Source: Candidatus Daviesbacteria bacterium (GTDB lineage: Bacteria > Patescibacteriota > Microgenomatia > Daviesbacterales > UBA10151). Taken from it: a stretch of DNA of 64,000 bases. Where the stretch lies: the NCBI GenBank assembly GCA_028687915.1, contig JAQTZF010000001.1, positions 866,634-930,633 on the forward strand, given 5' to 3'. How positions within the stretch are numbered: the first letter of the stretch is position 1; each line of letters starts with the position of its first letter. Shown here piece by piece: positions 51,935 through 61,296 of the stretch. The translations under genes were made by a program, and so were the position numbers. A model generated the notes under the pieces. The model had not been told where the DNA came from and made no database searches. It worked only from the letters and a program-made list of their open reading frames with translations.

Positions 51935-52336
51935 ATGGTTGACAATGCAGAAATAGCAGTCTTCAAAGAATCGCCTTTAAAAACTGAAGGAATTTGTTCA
52001 TCAATGAGTGTGCTACTAAATAGCTTAAGAGAAAACCCTGCTATTATAGGGACTTCTTATCATTCTTATTATAAAGAAGACTCGGTTAGCCAGATTTTAA
52101 GCTTAACAAGTAAACCACTAGATATACGGAGAATGCTATTTTTGCCTGATGGTATTTTAGTTGATAGTGATTTATCCGAATACTACTTGAAATCTTTAGA
52201 ATCTAAAACACCTTATGTAGGAAAAATACAGGCTTTTTTTCATAACCAACCAAATTTTTTTCTTGAAATTACATATTCGAGTGTTGAAGATAGAGGCTAT
52301 CCAAAAGGTGAAGAACTTCTTTATCAGCGCTCTTAG
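51935..52336 (+). CDS. Hypothetical protein
   Basis: 133-aa ORF; upstream TTGACA-N17-TATCCT. Confidence 0.55.
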   Translation: MVDNAEIAVFKESPLKTEGICSSMSVLLNSLRENPAIIGTSYHSYYKEDSVSQILSLTSKPLDIRRMLFLPDGILVDSDLSEYYLKSLESKTPYVGKIQAFFHNQPNFFLEITYSSVEDRGYPKGEELLYQRS

Positions 52337-52428
52337 TTCGCTAAGAATTCAACCACGTCTCCATCCTGCATAATATATTCTTTACCTTCAGTCCTTAACC
52401 AGCCTTTAGTTTTAGCTGCAGCAAGTGA
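52333..52428 (-). pseudogene. ychF: Orphan 3' end of a second, diverged ychF allele
   Basis: Translates [31 protein letters not shown], versus the ychF end [32 protein letters not shown]. Confidence 0.92.
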
Positions 52429-52465
52429 GGCTATAGCCACAAAAGGCGTCCCCTTTCAAGGCTAA
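52427..52465 (+). repeat. Diverged copy of the last 39 nt of the wHTH gene (51832-51870)
   Basis: 29/39 nt identical, ungapped; [12 protein letters not shown] versus EALASQGPTLQG*. Confidence 0.7.
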
Positions 52466-52983
52466 GGAAGATTTAAGTCATCAAACATTTTAAAAGCATC
52501 TGGGTGAGGAGTGCCCCCTGCTTTAAGTAAAGCTAAGTTATATTCCCTAAAAACAGGGATCCTTTTTGTAAGGGTATCTAGGGTGGTACCGTTTATAAGC
52601 ATCGTTGTTTCCATATCATCATCCACTTGTCTTGAAAGTTTTGTTCTCTTTATAGCCAGAGCTAATTTATCGTCAATAAAACCAGATTCTCTTTGAGAGA
52701 GTTCGATACTAATAGTGGGTTTATCATTATTTTCACCTACAAGATTTTTAAGTTTTTCAATAAGCACAGACATCATACCATCGGGATGTATATCCTCTAT
52801 GGTTGGAGAACGCTGTAAAGCATAATCCAATACTGTGGTTTTTATCCGTTCTAAAAATAAAAAAGTGTGTAAATATTTTAACGTTCCAACTTCTAGTTGT
52901 AGCTTTAAAATCTTTTCAGCAGATTCCCCGCTTGTTAGTTGTTCTGCTTCGTCAATAAAATCACCGTCATCAAAATCAACCAC
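52462..52983 (-). CDS. Hypothetical protein
   Basis: 173-aa ORF; AAGGAG upstream of start. Confidence 0.6.
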   Translation of the reverse strand: MVDFDDGDFIDEAEQLTSGESAEKILKLQLEVGTLKYLHTFLFLERIKTTVLDYALQRSPTIEDIHPDGMMSVLIEKLKNLVGENNDKPTISIELSQRESGFIDDKLALAIKRTKLSRQVDDDMETTMLINGTTLDTLTKRIPVFREYNLALLKAGGTPHPDAFKMFDDLNLP

Positions 52984-52993
52984 TTTATTCTCC

Positions 52994-54100
52994 TTAACTA
53001 CTCACTAAAAACTCAACAACATCACCATCCTGCATAATATATTCCTTACCTTCTGTTCTAAGCCATCCTTTTGTTTTAGCAACAGATAAAGATCCTGCTT
53101 CTATTAATTTTTCATAAGGGATGACTTGAGCCCTGATAAAACCTTTTTCAAAATCAGTGTGAATTACTCCAGCTGCTTGTGGTGCTTTACTTCCTCGCTT
53201 TATAGTCCAAGCCCTAACTTCTTTTTTTCCCTGGGTAAGAAAAGATATTAATCCTAATAGCTCATATGCTTTTACAATTAATCTTTCCAACCCTGTTTGT
53301 TCTATCCCCAACTCATGTAAATATTCCTTTTTTTCTTCATCACTATAATCTGCCAGTTCTTCTTCCAACTTTGCACAAATCACTACTGCATTGTCATTCT
53401 GAGTGATTAGCGAAGAATCTCGCAGCTTTTCTGCATACTCATTTTCTGAAACATTGTAAACATATAACAAAGGTTTAATTGTGAGCAATGGCAAAGTTCT
53501 AAACCATTCTTTCAGCCTTTCATCTCCTATATGATAATTACCAAGTATTTTCCCCTCTCCTAAGTCATCCTGAACTTGTTTCAGGATCTGAAGTTTCTCA
53601 GATTCCAATTGATCCTTAGCTACTTTTGCCTGCTTTTCCTGAGCAGCAACTAATTTTTCCACCACAGATAAATCTGATAAACCTAGCTCTGTTTCTATTA
53701 TTAATTTATCTGCATCAGGACTTTCTGATCCTTCCCTAATCACATTTTCATCATTAAAATCTCTAACTACCTCTATAATTGCATCAACTTCCCTAATATG
53801 TGATAAAAACTGGTTCCCTAAACCTGCACCAGTTGCAGCACCTTTAACTAAACCTGCAATATCTACAAACTCAACAACCGCTGGAACAATTGGAGGCAAA
53901 CCTTCCATTTTTTCTTCTTTGCTGACTAGCTGAGCAAGCTGATCTAGCCGACTGTCCGGCACCGAAACCACCCCAACATTTGGTTCAATGGTAGCAAAAG
54001 GATAATTTGCAGATAAAGCCACCCTCTTTTTCAAAAGGGCATTAAAAAGGGTACTCTTCCCCACATTTGGCAAACCAACAATCCCAACTTTCAAACTCAT
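52994..54100 (-). CDS. ychF: Redox-regulated ATPase YchF
   Basis: GIVGLPNVGKSTLFNAL, NYPFATIEPN, DIAGLV, GLGNQFL, AAGVIHTDFEKGFI. Confidence 0.97.
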   Translation of the reverse strand: MSLKVGIVGLPNVGKSTLFNALLKKRVALSANYPFATIEPNVGVVSVPDSRLDQLAQLVSKEEKMEGLPPIVPAVVEFVDIAGLVKGAATGAGLGNQFLSHIREVDAIIEVVRDFNDENVIREGSESPDADKLIIETELGLSDLSVVEKLVAAQEKQAKVAKDQLESEKLQILKQVQDDLGEGKILGNYHIGDERLKEWFRTLPLLTIKPLLYVYNVSENEYAEKLRDSSLITQNDNAVVICAKLEEELADYSDEEKKEYLHELGIEQTGLERLIVKAYELLGLISFLTQGKKEVRAWTIKRGSKAPQAAGVIHTDFEKGFIRAQVIPYEKLIEAGSLSVAKTKGWLRTEGKEYIMQDGDVVEFLVSS

Positions 54101-54230
54101 GAGGGAATTATATCCTAAATTAAAAAATTAATGTAATAAGTTATTTTCACACTATAGGCGTACCTGTTAATGTACCTTTAGGGATGTGACAAAAGAAGCA
54201 AAACAGACAATTTTAATCTTGATCTAGCCG

Positions 54231-55739
54231 TCATTTAAGAAAAAATTTATTAAAACCTTGAATATATTTTAATAATCTTTTTTTACTCCTTGGTTTCACT
54301 ATACCTTCTTTAAAATCGCCTTTAATATATTTAATCTCTGCTATACCATCCTTAATTTCTACATTTTCTTTATCTCTAATATCTTCTTTAATATTTTTCC
54401 TAAGATAAAATTCCTTACCATATTCCTCAACCAACTCATCATAATACTTATCGCCATCGCCTCCTTTATCAAAAAATGCTCCTGCCTTTATTCCTAGATG
54501 TTTTGATATTGCTAAGTAGCTTCGTATTTTTGAAAAACCACCTACCCCATAACCGTAAAATTCAAAATTAAGAGGAATTCTTTCCTCTGTGCATAATTTC
54601 TCTAAAAGAGATTTATCCTCTTGCCCTTCGACAAATACTACTTTATTTGCAAAGAAATATTCTTTAGCCACTACATCTAGCTGATAAGGTTTCTTCCAAT
54701 CTTCATTTATAATTGTTTTAAGAGGCTCAAAATCTCTATTTAGATTAGCTAAACTTACTTGTCCAGATGAATCTTTAAATACCCGTGCTATATTCGCCCC
54801 GTTTTTTAAATCTTCCCAATTTACAAAATAAGGAGAATGGGTTGCTATAATAATCTGCATTTCTTTGGATTTCTCTGAAAGAAAATTAGCAAGTTTCTTT
54901 TGAATTTGCGGGTGCAATCCTAATTCAGGTTCATCAATCAGGACAATATGATCAGAAGAATTTATAAAAAAGATACTTAATATCTTAATTAAATTAATTA
55001 CTCCCCCACCCAAATAACTCCCTCTGTGCTGTATTTTATTTTTGGTTTTATATGTAAAAATATATTTATCTCTAGATTTTCTTGATATTGTCCATGAATA
55101 AAAATGAGGTATAAAACCTCTAACAGCCTTATTAAAGGCATCTCTTGTTTCTTTTTGCTCATATATAGCAGCCAATATTTTTCCAAATTCGTCATTTAAA
55201 ATTGAAGAAGCATACGATCCTCTATCAGCTTTGTATATTCTTTCTGTAACCTCATAATGATAATTTTTATCTTTTACATCCTCATCATATAATTCAAATT
55301 CATCTTCCCATATTCTTCTAGATGAAAGATACCTTATATGGTACGGACTTACAGAAAATAAGGTGTTATCAACGGTCTCCTTTACTCCCCACTTATTTCT
55401 TTTTTTATAAATCCAATCAAAAGAGTCTCCCTTACAATCTTTAAGGCATATCCGCGTTAATTCGTTATGGTGTTTTTCATCTGTTTCTAAGGTTCCATAC
55501 CTCTCTTCAAAATTTGCTAATGCAGTGAGAATAGTAGTCTTTCCAGAATTATTCTCACCTATAATAATAGTTAAACCACTCCCTAATGTGCCATTAGGAT
55601 GAGCAAACTCTACTACTTGTTCTGATAAAAAACCTCTAAAATAAGCTATGGAGAGTGCCTCTAAAAAGTTATGCTCCTCGTGTATTTTTTGATCCAGCAT
55701 GTTGCTCATTTTCAAGAAAATTTTACCATATCTCTTCAA
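54231..55739 (-). CDS. OLD-family-like ATP-dependent nuclease (ABC ATPase + TOPRIM)
   Basis: GENNSGKTT, LIDEPELGLHP, ATHSPYF, VFVEGQED; start uncertain. Confidence 0.8.
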   Translation of the reverse strand: MKRYGKIFLKMSNMLDQKIHEEHNFLEALSIAYFRGFLSEQVVEFAHPNGTLGSGLTIIIGENNSGKTTILTALANFEERYGTLETDEKHHNELTRICLKDCKGDSFDWIYKKRNKWGVKETVDNTLFSVSPYHIRYLSSRRIWEDEFELYDEDVKDKNYHYEVTERIYKADRGSYASSILNDEFGKILAAIYEQKETRDAFNKAVRGFIPHFYSWTISRKSRDKYIFTYKTKNKIQHRGSYLGGGVINLIKILSIFFINSSDHIVLIDEPELGLHPQIQKKLANFLSEKSKEMQIIIATHSPYFVNWEDLKNGANIARVFKDSSGQVSLANLNRDFEPLKTIINEDWKKPYQLDVVAKEYFFANKVVFVEGQEDKSLLEKLCTEERIPLNFEFYGYGVGGFSKIRSYLAISKHLGIKAGAFFDKGGDGDKYYDELVEEYGKEFYLRKNIKEDIRDKENVEIKDGIAEIKYIKGDFKEGIVKPRSKKRLLKYIQGFNKFFLK

Positions 55740-55769
55740 AATCCAATCAAAACGTATATAATCTACGAA

Positions 55770-55928
55770 ATGGCTGTTTTATTTTATTGTATATTAGTAT
55801 TTTTCGCTGATTCCGTAACTTGGAGTTGGGGTTGGTTCTTTGTATCGTTACTTTTTTCAGCAGACCAAGGTAGAACAATTTATAAATTCACAACAGATAG
55901 GTCTCTTGAAGGAAAAGAGGTTAACTAA
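55770..55928 (+). CDS. Small membrane protein (52 aa)
   Basis: MAVLFYCILVFFADSVTWSWGWFFVSLLF..; TATAAT 7 nt upstream of ATG 55770. Confidence 0.5.
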   Translation: MAVLFYCILVFFADSVTWSWGWFFVSLLFSADQGRTIYKFTTDRSLEGKEVN

Positions 55929-55943
55929 TATTTAAAATTAGGA

Positions 55944-56252
55944 TTATGATTTATTCATAATGTCGCTATTAGTTTCAATCTGATATTTAGCTCTCTCGCC
56001 AATATCATTTCCTCCTTCAAAATAACCTTCTTTATATCCTTCTCTCTTAATTAAATTATAAATGGAAACAAGACCAACGAGAAAAGCGCTGCCACTCAAC
56101 CAAGAAAACTTTGTGATTATATCTCCGATAAATAAGATTAAAGCTCCCAAAAAAATAATTATTAGAATGTAATCTGAAAAGAAAAAGTATGTCTTTTTTC
56201 TAAACTTAAAATCACTTTCTAACTGTTTCCTAAATTCAGAATGTGAAGTCAT
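55944..56252 (-). CDS. Small 2-TM protein
   Basis: Two hydrophobic segments then REGYKEGYFEG; TATAAT 6 nt upstream of ATG 56252. Confidence 0.6.
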   Translation of the reverse strand: MTSHSEFRKQLESDFKFRKKTYFFFSDYILIIIFLGALILFIGDIITKFSWLSGSAFLVGLVSIYNLIKREGYKEGYFEGGNDIGERAKYQIETNSDIMNKS

Positions 56253-56292
56253 AGTTAAATTATACAATTAAATACTACGTCTTCTTGAGAAT

Positions 56293-56970
56293 TTAATCTA
56301 GTTTTGTTAAAAACTTTTCAATTTCTTTCATCACAATATTAGTTTCTTTTTCTGATTTCCTAAAATTATGATCCATGTTGGGCTGTCTAACTACATGAGG
56401 ATTATTTGCGTTATTCACTACCCTTTCAGTCTCACTTGGCGGCACATCTTTATCATCCAGTGCTATAAAAATCATAAGGGGTTTGTGAATATCCTTTACT
56501 TCTTCTACTGCTGAATATTGCATTCCATCAATCGCAAAAGTATCTGGGATATCAAAGGCCCTAAGCTTTTCTGGATTATCTGGCAAATCCCTGTCTGAAT
56601 GTCTAAATTCCTTACCTTGCCAATTTAAAGATGCATCTATTCTGTCAGCTGCCGGACAAAGTGCAACTATTTTAGTTACCTCTTTCATTCTATTTCCCAC
56701 AATTATTGCAACATATGCACCTAAGCTGTGACCAATTAATATAATTTCCTCTGGATTTTTACTTGAATAAAATTCAACCAAATCTGAAACTTGTTTAATA
56801 TAGCTGGTAATTGTGTAATTATTAACATCCCCTGTCTTCCAAAGAGAACAAGGATCTATTCTTTCTACTGTGTATCCTAGCTCTTCAAGCTTTTTTGCAA
56901 AAACCTTCATGTGTAGATACTCAGGTGAATCTAAATAACCAGGTAGTAATAAAGCAACTTTCAAAGACAT
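56293..56970 (-). CDS. Alpha/beta hydrolase
   Basis: LLPGYLDS, GHSLG nucleophile elbow, DDKDV, MDHNF. Confidence 0.88.
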   Translation of the reverse strand: MSLKVALLLPGYLDSPEYLHMKVFAKKLEELGYTVERIDPCSLWKTGDVNNYTITSYIKQVSDLVEFYSSKNPEEIILIGHSLGAYVAIIVGNRMKEVTKIVALCPAADRIDASLNWQGKEFRHSDRDLPDNPEKLRAFDIPDTFAIDGMQYSAVEEVKDIHKPLMIFIALDDKDVPPSETERVVNNANNPHVVRQPNMDHNFRKSEKETNIVMKEIEKFLTKLD

Positions 56971-57053
56971 GAGGAAATTATAGGATTTTTAGTCAATTTA
57001 ATCCAGGGATTAACTTTCTTGCTAGAAGCTTTTAAGGCTTTTTAGTTTCTTTT

Positions 57054-57632
57054 TCAAAAAAGAGATTGAAATACTCTACTTATTAAGGACTTTTTGGGGG
57101 CAACTGCTATCGCTTCTACCATATTACGGGTAAAAACCAAACGCTCCATTTCATCTGGCATAAATGATCGGGCATCAATAATTTTTGAACGTCCTTCGTT
57201 ACCAATTACTATAAACTTCTCCACAACAGAACTAAAAGAATAATCTAACGGAGAAGCACCACTTAAAAATCTTGCTATAATCTTGGGGCTATCTGTTTGT
57301 TCTGATTGAAAATTAAAGCTGACCACTCCCCCTTGAGACTCCCGACTCCTTGTAGTATAAACTTTAAGAAGATCATCTGGAGCAAGTTGAATCTCCCCTT
57401 TGGCCAAAGCATCCCTTATCTGAGCTGCAGCTTTTGGATTAGTGATTTCAAAAGGACCAGAATGGTCATACCACACCACATCATTTAACAGAGATCTCAC
57501 CTTTTCTCTTTCGCTATCAAGACAATTTTTTCTGGCTGCTTTTTCTTCTTCAGTTTTACGCTTGATAACAGCTAATTGTGCTCCTGCTTCTTCCGCAGTT
57601 AAAATTTGATCCTCTGTATATCTCTCTTTCAT
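57054..57632 (-). CDS. Hypothetical protein
   Basis: Start taken as ATG 57632 (TATAAT 6 nt upstream). Confidence 0.6.
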   Translation of the reverse strand: MKERYTEDQILTAEEAGAQLAVIKRKTEEEKAARKNCLDSEREKVRSLLNDVVWYDHSGPFEITNPKAAAQIRDALAKGEIQLAPDDLLKVYTTRSRESQGGVVSFNFQSEQTDSPKIIARFLSGASPLDYSFSSVVEKFIVIGNEGRSKIIDARSFMPDEMERLVFTRNMVEAIAVAPKKSLISRVFQSLF

Positions 57633-57711
57633 GAAAGTATTATAAGACAACTTCTAAATAAATCAACAAATAGTTTTTAACTTTCTTGCCAAAGGTCAAA
57701 ATTCTAGGAAC

Positions 57712-58695
57712 TTAATCGTATACAGATGCAGGAACACTATTAAGCTCTCCTCTGGTATACCCTAATTGGTAGCCCATTATATGGCTAAGCATTTGTAAGC
57801 GAGCATAGCTAGACAAGTCTTCTGCTTTTGAAGCGCCTTTAGCAAAATTTAAAACTGCTTCAGCATGAGATGTAGCCAGAGATCTAGCCATATCAAACGA
57901 GGCTTCTAATGCCTGAGCAGGACTCCAACCCTTCATAGAGGTTAAATCAACTTCAGTAGGATAATTCAATTCTAGTAAACTTCCAACCTGACCTTTATAA
58001 AGTCTATTATCCACCTCACCTACTTTAGAGGCAAAAATAAAAGGAGATCCCTCTCTAAGGGCATAGCGGTGATGCACCCTACTTTCTTGATATTTACCTA
58101 ATTCGCCAGTAATTACAATTATTGTTTGTTTTGCCTCATCTATAATATTGACATCCCCATCAACAAATATAATTCCACTTCCAGTTGTTTCTATTTTTTT
58201 TACATCACCTTCTACAAAGACAGATCCTCCCCTTAAGCCACTGATCTTGTCTACATTACCCCTGAAAACCAATCGTCCATCAGAAAGGCTTTGTCCAATC
58301 CTGGTTTCATAAAATGAAGGGCCAATCCCAGGGTCTTTTCTCACTCTTTTTTGGGTTTCAATTTTAACTTGTTCAGGGTCTCTGAGATCCACCAGTTCCA
58401 AATGATCACCATCTTTTGCCAACATATTTGCTAGACCACTTGCAAGATACTCAAAATGCCATGATTGAATTCTGGCTGGACCTGGCCTAAGACAATCAGC
58501 TATTATTTCTTTGTGATTTGGATCCTTTTTGAATGTATCTGCTAAAGCCTGTACACCATGTTGGAGTGCTCTTTCATACGCACCCCAGCCCACTAAACTG
58601 GCATTTAAAGCTGAAAGGTAAAAACTTTCATCGCGGGAAGTAAACTTAGCATAATCTGGGGCTTTTGGTTTCCTACCATCAATTTCAATTATCAT
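57712..58695 (-). CDS. Hypothetical protein with short beta-helix-like repeats
   Basis: LVFRGNVDKI, VFVEGDVKKI, IFVDGDVNII, IVITGELGKY. Confidence 0.6.
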   Translation of the reverse strand: MIIEIDGRKPKAPDYAKFTSRDESFYLSALNASLVGWGAYERALQHGVQALADTFKKDPNHKEIIADCLRPGPARIQSWHFEYLASGLANMLAKDGDHLELVDLRDPEQVKIETQKRVRKDPGIGPSFYETRIGQSLSDGRLVFRGNVDKISGLRGGSVFVEGDVKKIETTGSGIIFVDGDVNIIDEAKQTIIVITGELGKYQESRVHHRYALREGSPFIFASKVGEVDNRLYKGQVGSLLELNYPTEVDLTSMKGWSPAQALEASFDMARSLATSHAEAVLNFAKGASKAEDLSSYARLQMLSHIMGYQLGYTRGELNSVPASVYD

Positions 58696-58801
58696 AAGAT
58701 ATTGGGCAAGAGTATGCTTAATTTAATAGTATTTACTAAAGAAGTCAAGAGATTAAAATCATAGAGCTTTTTGGGGAATCTAATCCAGGGATATTAACTG
58801 A

Positions 58802-59287
58802 TTAAGACATGGATTCTTGTGGATCAAGCTTTTCCAACATTGCTTGGATTTTTCTGGCTGCGGAATCATTTGGCCCCCGAAAAAGTTTAGCTCCTCCGGA
58901 AACTGCAAATCTTTTATTCCAATAGCTAAAAGCGTTTTGAACCTTCCCCAAGACAAACCTGGCCTCTTCCTCATCACCCAAAGCTAACCTAAAATCACCA
59001 GGAAAATTATCTTTATTGGCTATAAATTTCCAATGGTAACCACCCCTATCAAACTCAAATTCATATTGATCTTTGCAATCCTCAGGCACTTCTTCTAATT
59101 TCTCTTTTAATTCAGGAGTTGTCCTCAATGTTTCTCTCACCCTCCAATAATACCCTGCTGTAATACTATCAATGGCTGGTAATTGTTTCTCCTGCCACCT
59201 CCTAACAACCTCTAAAACCATATCTTGCTCAAAACCAAAGACTTGCTCTACTTTATCTTCATCAGGTCTATCTTTTTCAGGTGACAT
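58802..59287 (-). CDS. Hypothetical protein
   Basis: 161-aa ORF bounded on both sides by the junction motif. Confidence 0.6.
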   Translation of the reverse strand: MSPEKDRPDEDKVEQVFGFEQDMVLEVVRRWQEKQLPAIDSITAGYYWRVRETLRTTPELKEKLEEVPEDCKDQYEFEFDRGGYHWKFIANKDNFPGDFRLALGDEEEARFVLGKVQNAFSYWNKRFAVSGGAKLFRGPNDSAARKIQAMLEKLDPQESMS

Positions 59288-59337
59288 TTTAAAATTTTAA
59301 GTCTTTTGGGGAATTTAATCCAGCAGGTTATATCTTA

Positions 59338-60168
59338 TTAAAACGGTATTATGATAGGAAAATAACCATCGGAATAGTTTGGATAACTCCAATAAGTACT
59401 ATCTCCTGAACTCATTCTTTTACCAGTTCCTTCTTTTATTAATTCGATAATTTTTTCCCTCGATAAGACTTTTGTTTTATCAACAGTACCAAGCATTACT
59501 GTTTTTCCTTTAACATCTTCTTCTTCAGCTATTTTTCTTAGCTGAGGTTCTGTTAATAAAATTTGATTATCTTTCATTGGACCTTCTTCAACTTTAACCA
59601 TTAGTCTTGGAATATCGTGTTGACCATAAACTCCTTTTCTTCTACCAGAAATAACTGAAACTTTTGTCCACAACGCATTAGTGGTCACAACATAACCTTC
59701 GTCTTCGAATTGACCCAATTCAACCCTCCATCCCTCTCCCTCAGCAACATCAAAACAAATTCCTTTTTTCATTTCTCCTAAATAAGCTGCCAATGTTTTT
59801 CCGACAAAAGGATGATCAAGAATCTTCTTTTCCAACTGAGCATACTTTTCATCTTCTTGAGGTGTACCAGGAACCCATCTAAAAAAATCTTTACATCCAA
59901 TAAAACGTTCGAAAGAATCTTGAAATAAAAGGCCGTCATATCGACCCATCTGCATAACGTTGATATCGCCTCTTTCATAGTATTTTCCACCAGTTTCTTT
60001 TTTGTCTCCATATATACTTAATACCTGAGCCACATTTGGTGTATGAAAAGTAATTACGTCTGAATAACCGTGCTGTCCTTCGAATATTGTAAATGTATAA
60101 GGTGTTTCTATTATTTCTTGCTTTGATTTTGCCAGAAGATGGGGACGGTATATATGTTCAATTGCCAT
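59338..60168 (-). CDS. Hypothetical protein
   Basis: 276-aa ORF with a consensus promoter upstream. Confidence 0.65.
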   Translation of the reverse strand: MAIEHIYRPHLLAKSKQEIIETPYTFTIFEGQHGYSDVITFHTPNVAQVLSIYGDKKETGGKYYERGDINVMQMGRYDGLLFQDSFERFIGCKDFFRWVPGTPQEDEKYAQLEKKILDHPFVGKTLAAYLGEMKKGICFDVAEGEGWRVELGQFEDEGYVVTTNALWTKVSVISGRRKGVYGQHDIPRLMVKVEEGPMKDNQILLTEPQLRKIAEEEDVKGKTVMLGTVDKTKVLSREKIIELIKEGTGKRMSSGDSTYWSYPNYSDGYFPIIIPF

Positions 60169-60179
60169 AGACGTAACAG

Positions 60180-60208
60180 ATTATAGGATTAGTGTCCTAT
60201 ATTGTCAA
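60180..60208 (-). promoter_or_regulatory. Consensus sigma70 promoter overlapped by an inverted repeat
   Basis: Minus strand TTGACA-N17-TATAAT, 11 nt before ATG 60168; IR TATAGGA-N6-TCCTATA at 60182-60201. Confidence 0.75.
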
Positions 60209-60240
60209 TTTTTTACTAAAATTCTGTAGTCAGCCACAAT

Positions 60241-60375
60241 TTATTTATGATCTCCTCCATAATAACTATCAGATACAGTGTATGCTTCATCTTCAAACTT
60301 ATTTTTTCTATACCCATTTTTTAAAAGTTCATACAGATATAGAAATGGGTAAATTACAGGATATTTCTCGCATTG
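60241..60375 (-). pseudogene. Probable 3' remnant of a small zincin-like (DUF4157-like) protein
   Basis: QCEKYPVIYPFLYLYELLKNGYRKNKFEDEAYTVSDSYYGGDHK*; no ATG start, in-frame stops upstream. Confidence 0.4.
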
Positions 60376-60456
60376 AAAGCAGCGCGTTAAAAAATCGCAG
60401 CGAGGTTATCAGCCATTACTATTTTAATGTTTTGGTTTATATGTTATAAATAATTA

Positions 60457-61293
60457 ATGCCCAAAGAAAAAGGATCTGTCCACATTTTAGTCTTAGCACT
60501 TCTGGCTTTGGGAACACTTGGCCTTATAGGTTCTTCCAGCATTACCACTACACAAAAGTTTTCTGATTCTTCTCAGGTATTGGGAGAAAATGAATCTATT
60601 CAAAAAGCAGCAGAACGGGCAAAAGAAGAAGCTCAAAAAGTGGCTGAACAACAAAAAGAAAATAATCAGGCAAGTTTTCAATCCGAAAGGAATAAACAGG
60701 AAACAGAAATTCAAACCTCAAACGGTCAAAAAATAAAGACTAAAGTAGAAGATAATGGTTCAGTAAAAGTGGAAATTGAACAGGGTAAACAGAAACTAAA
60801 ATTTCAGGCAGAACAGAAAAAGTCTGAGCTTGAGATTGAAGATGAAGAATCCACTGATTCAGCTGATGAAGATTTAAAAGAAGTCAGGTCTATCTCCAGC
60901 TTTCCCCTAAAAATTAGTACCAGTACAGGCCAACTGATAATGACCAAAAATGGGGTTGAAAGAGTTTTGACTGTTTTACCGGCAAAAGCTATTCAAAATA
61001 TGTTAAGAGCTCACCTTAAAAATGGTTTAGGACCCAAATTCTTTGAAGCCACACCTTCCAGTGAACTTATCTCCACTGCATCTGCTGAAATAACAGTCTT
61101 AAATAATCAAATTTCACTTGAGGAAGAAAATGGCCAGGCTGTTTATAAAATTCCAATGAAAAAACATCTTAAATTACTAGGTATAATTCCTGTTACTACA
61201 GATCTAACCAGTTTTGTCTCAGCTGAAACAGGTTCAGTAATCAAAGACCAGGAATCACTTTTATCCAGATTTCTGGGCCTACTTTCCCGATAG
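60457..61293 (+). CDS. Membrane-anchored secreted protein with prepilin-like N-terminus
   Basis: MPKEKGSVHILVLALL; SQVLGEN; charged region; KHLKLLGIIPV..VSAETG. Confidence 0.65.
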   Translation: MPKEKGSVHILVLALLALGTLGLIGSSSITTTQKFSDSSQVLGENESIQKAAERAKEEAQKVAEQQKENNQASFQSERNKQETEIQTSNGQKIKTKVEDNGSVKVEIEQGKQKLKFQAEQKKSELEIEDEESTDSADEDLKEVRSISSFPLKISTSTGQLIMTKNGVERVLTVLPAKAIQNMLRAHLKNGLGPKFFEATPSSELISTASAEITVLNNQISLEEENGQAVYKIPMKKHLKLLGIIPVTTDLTSFVSAETGSVIKDQESLLSRFLGLLSR

Positions 61294-61296
61294 TCC

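Noticed and set aside
54220-54230. 11-nt match TGATCTAGCCG to ychF 53940-53950
   Set aside because: Too short to separate from chance; no extension on either side
60192-60449. 85-aa plus-strand ORF
   Set aside because: Overlaps a consensus promoter and a more protein-like minus-strand remnant; atypical composition
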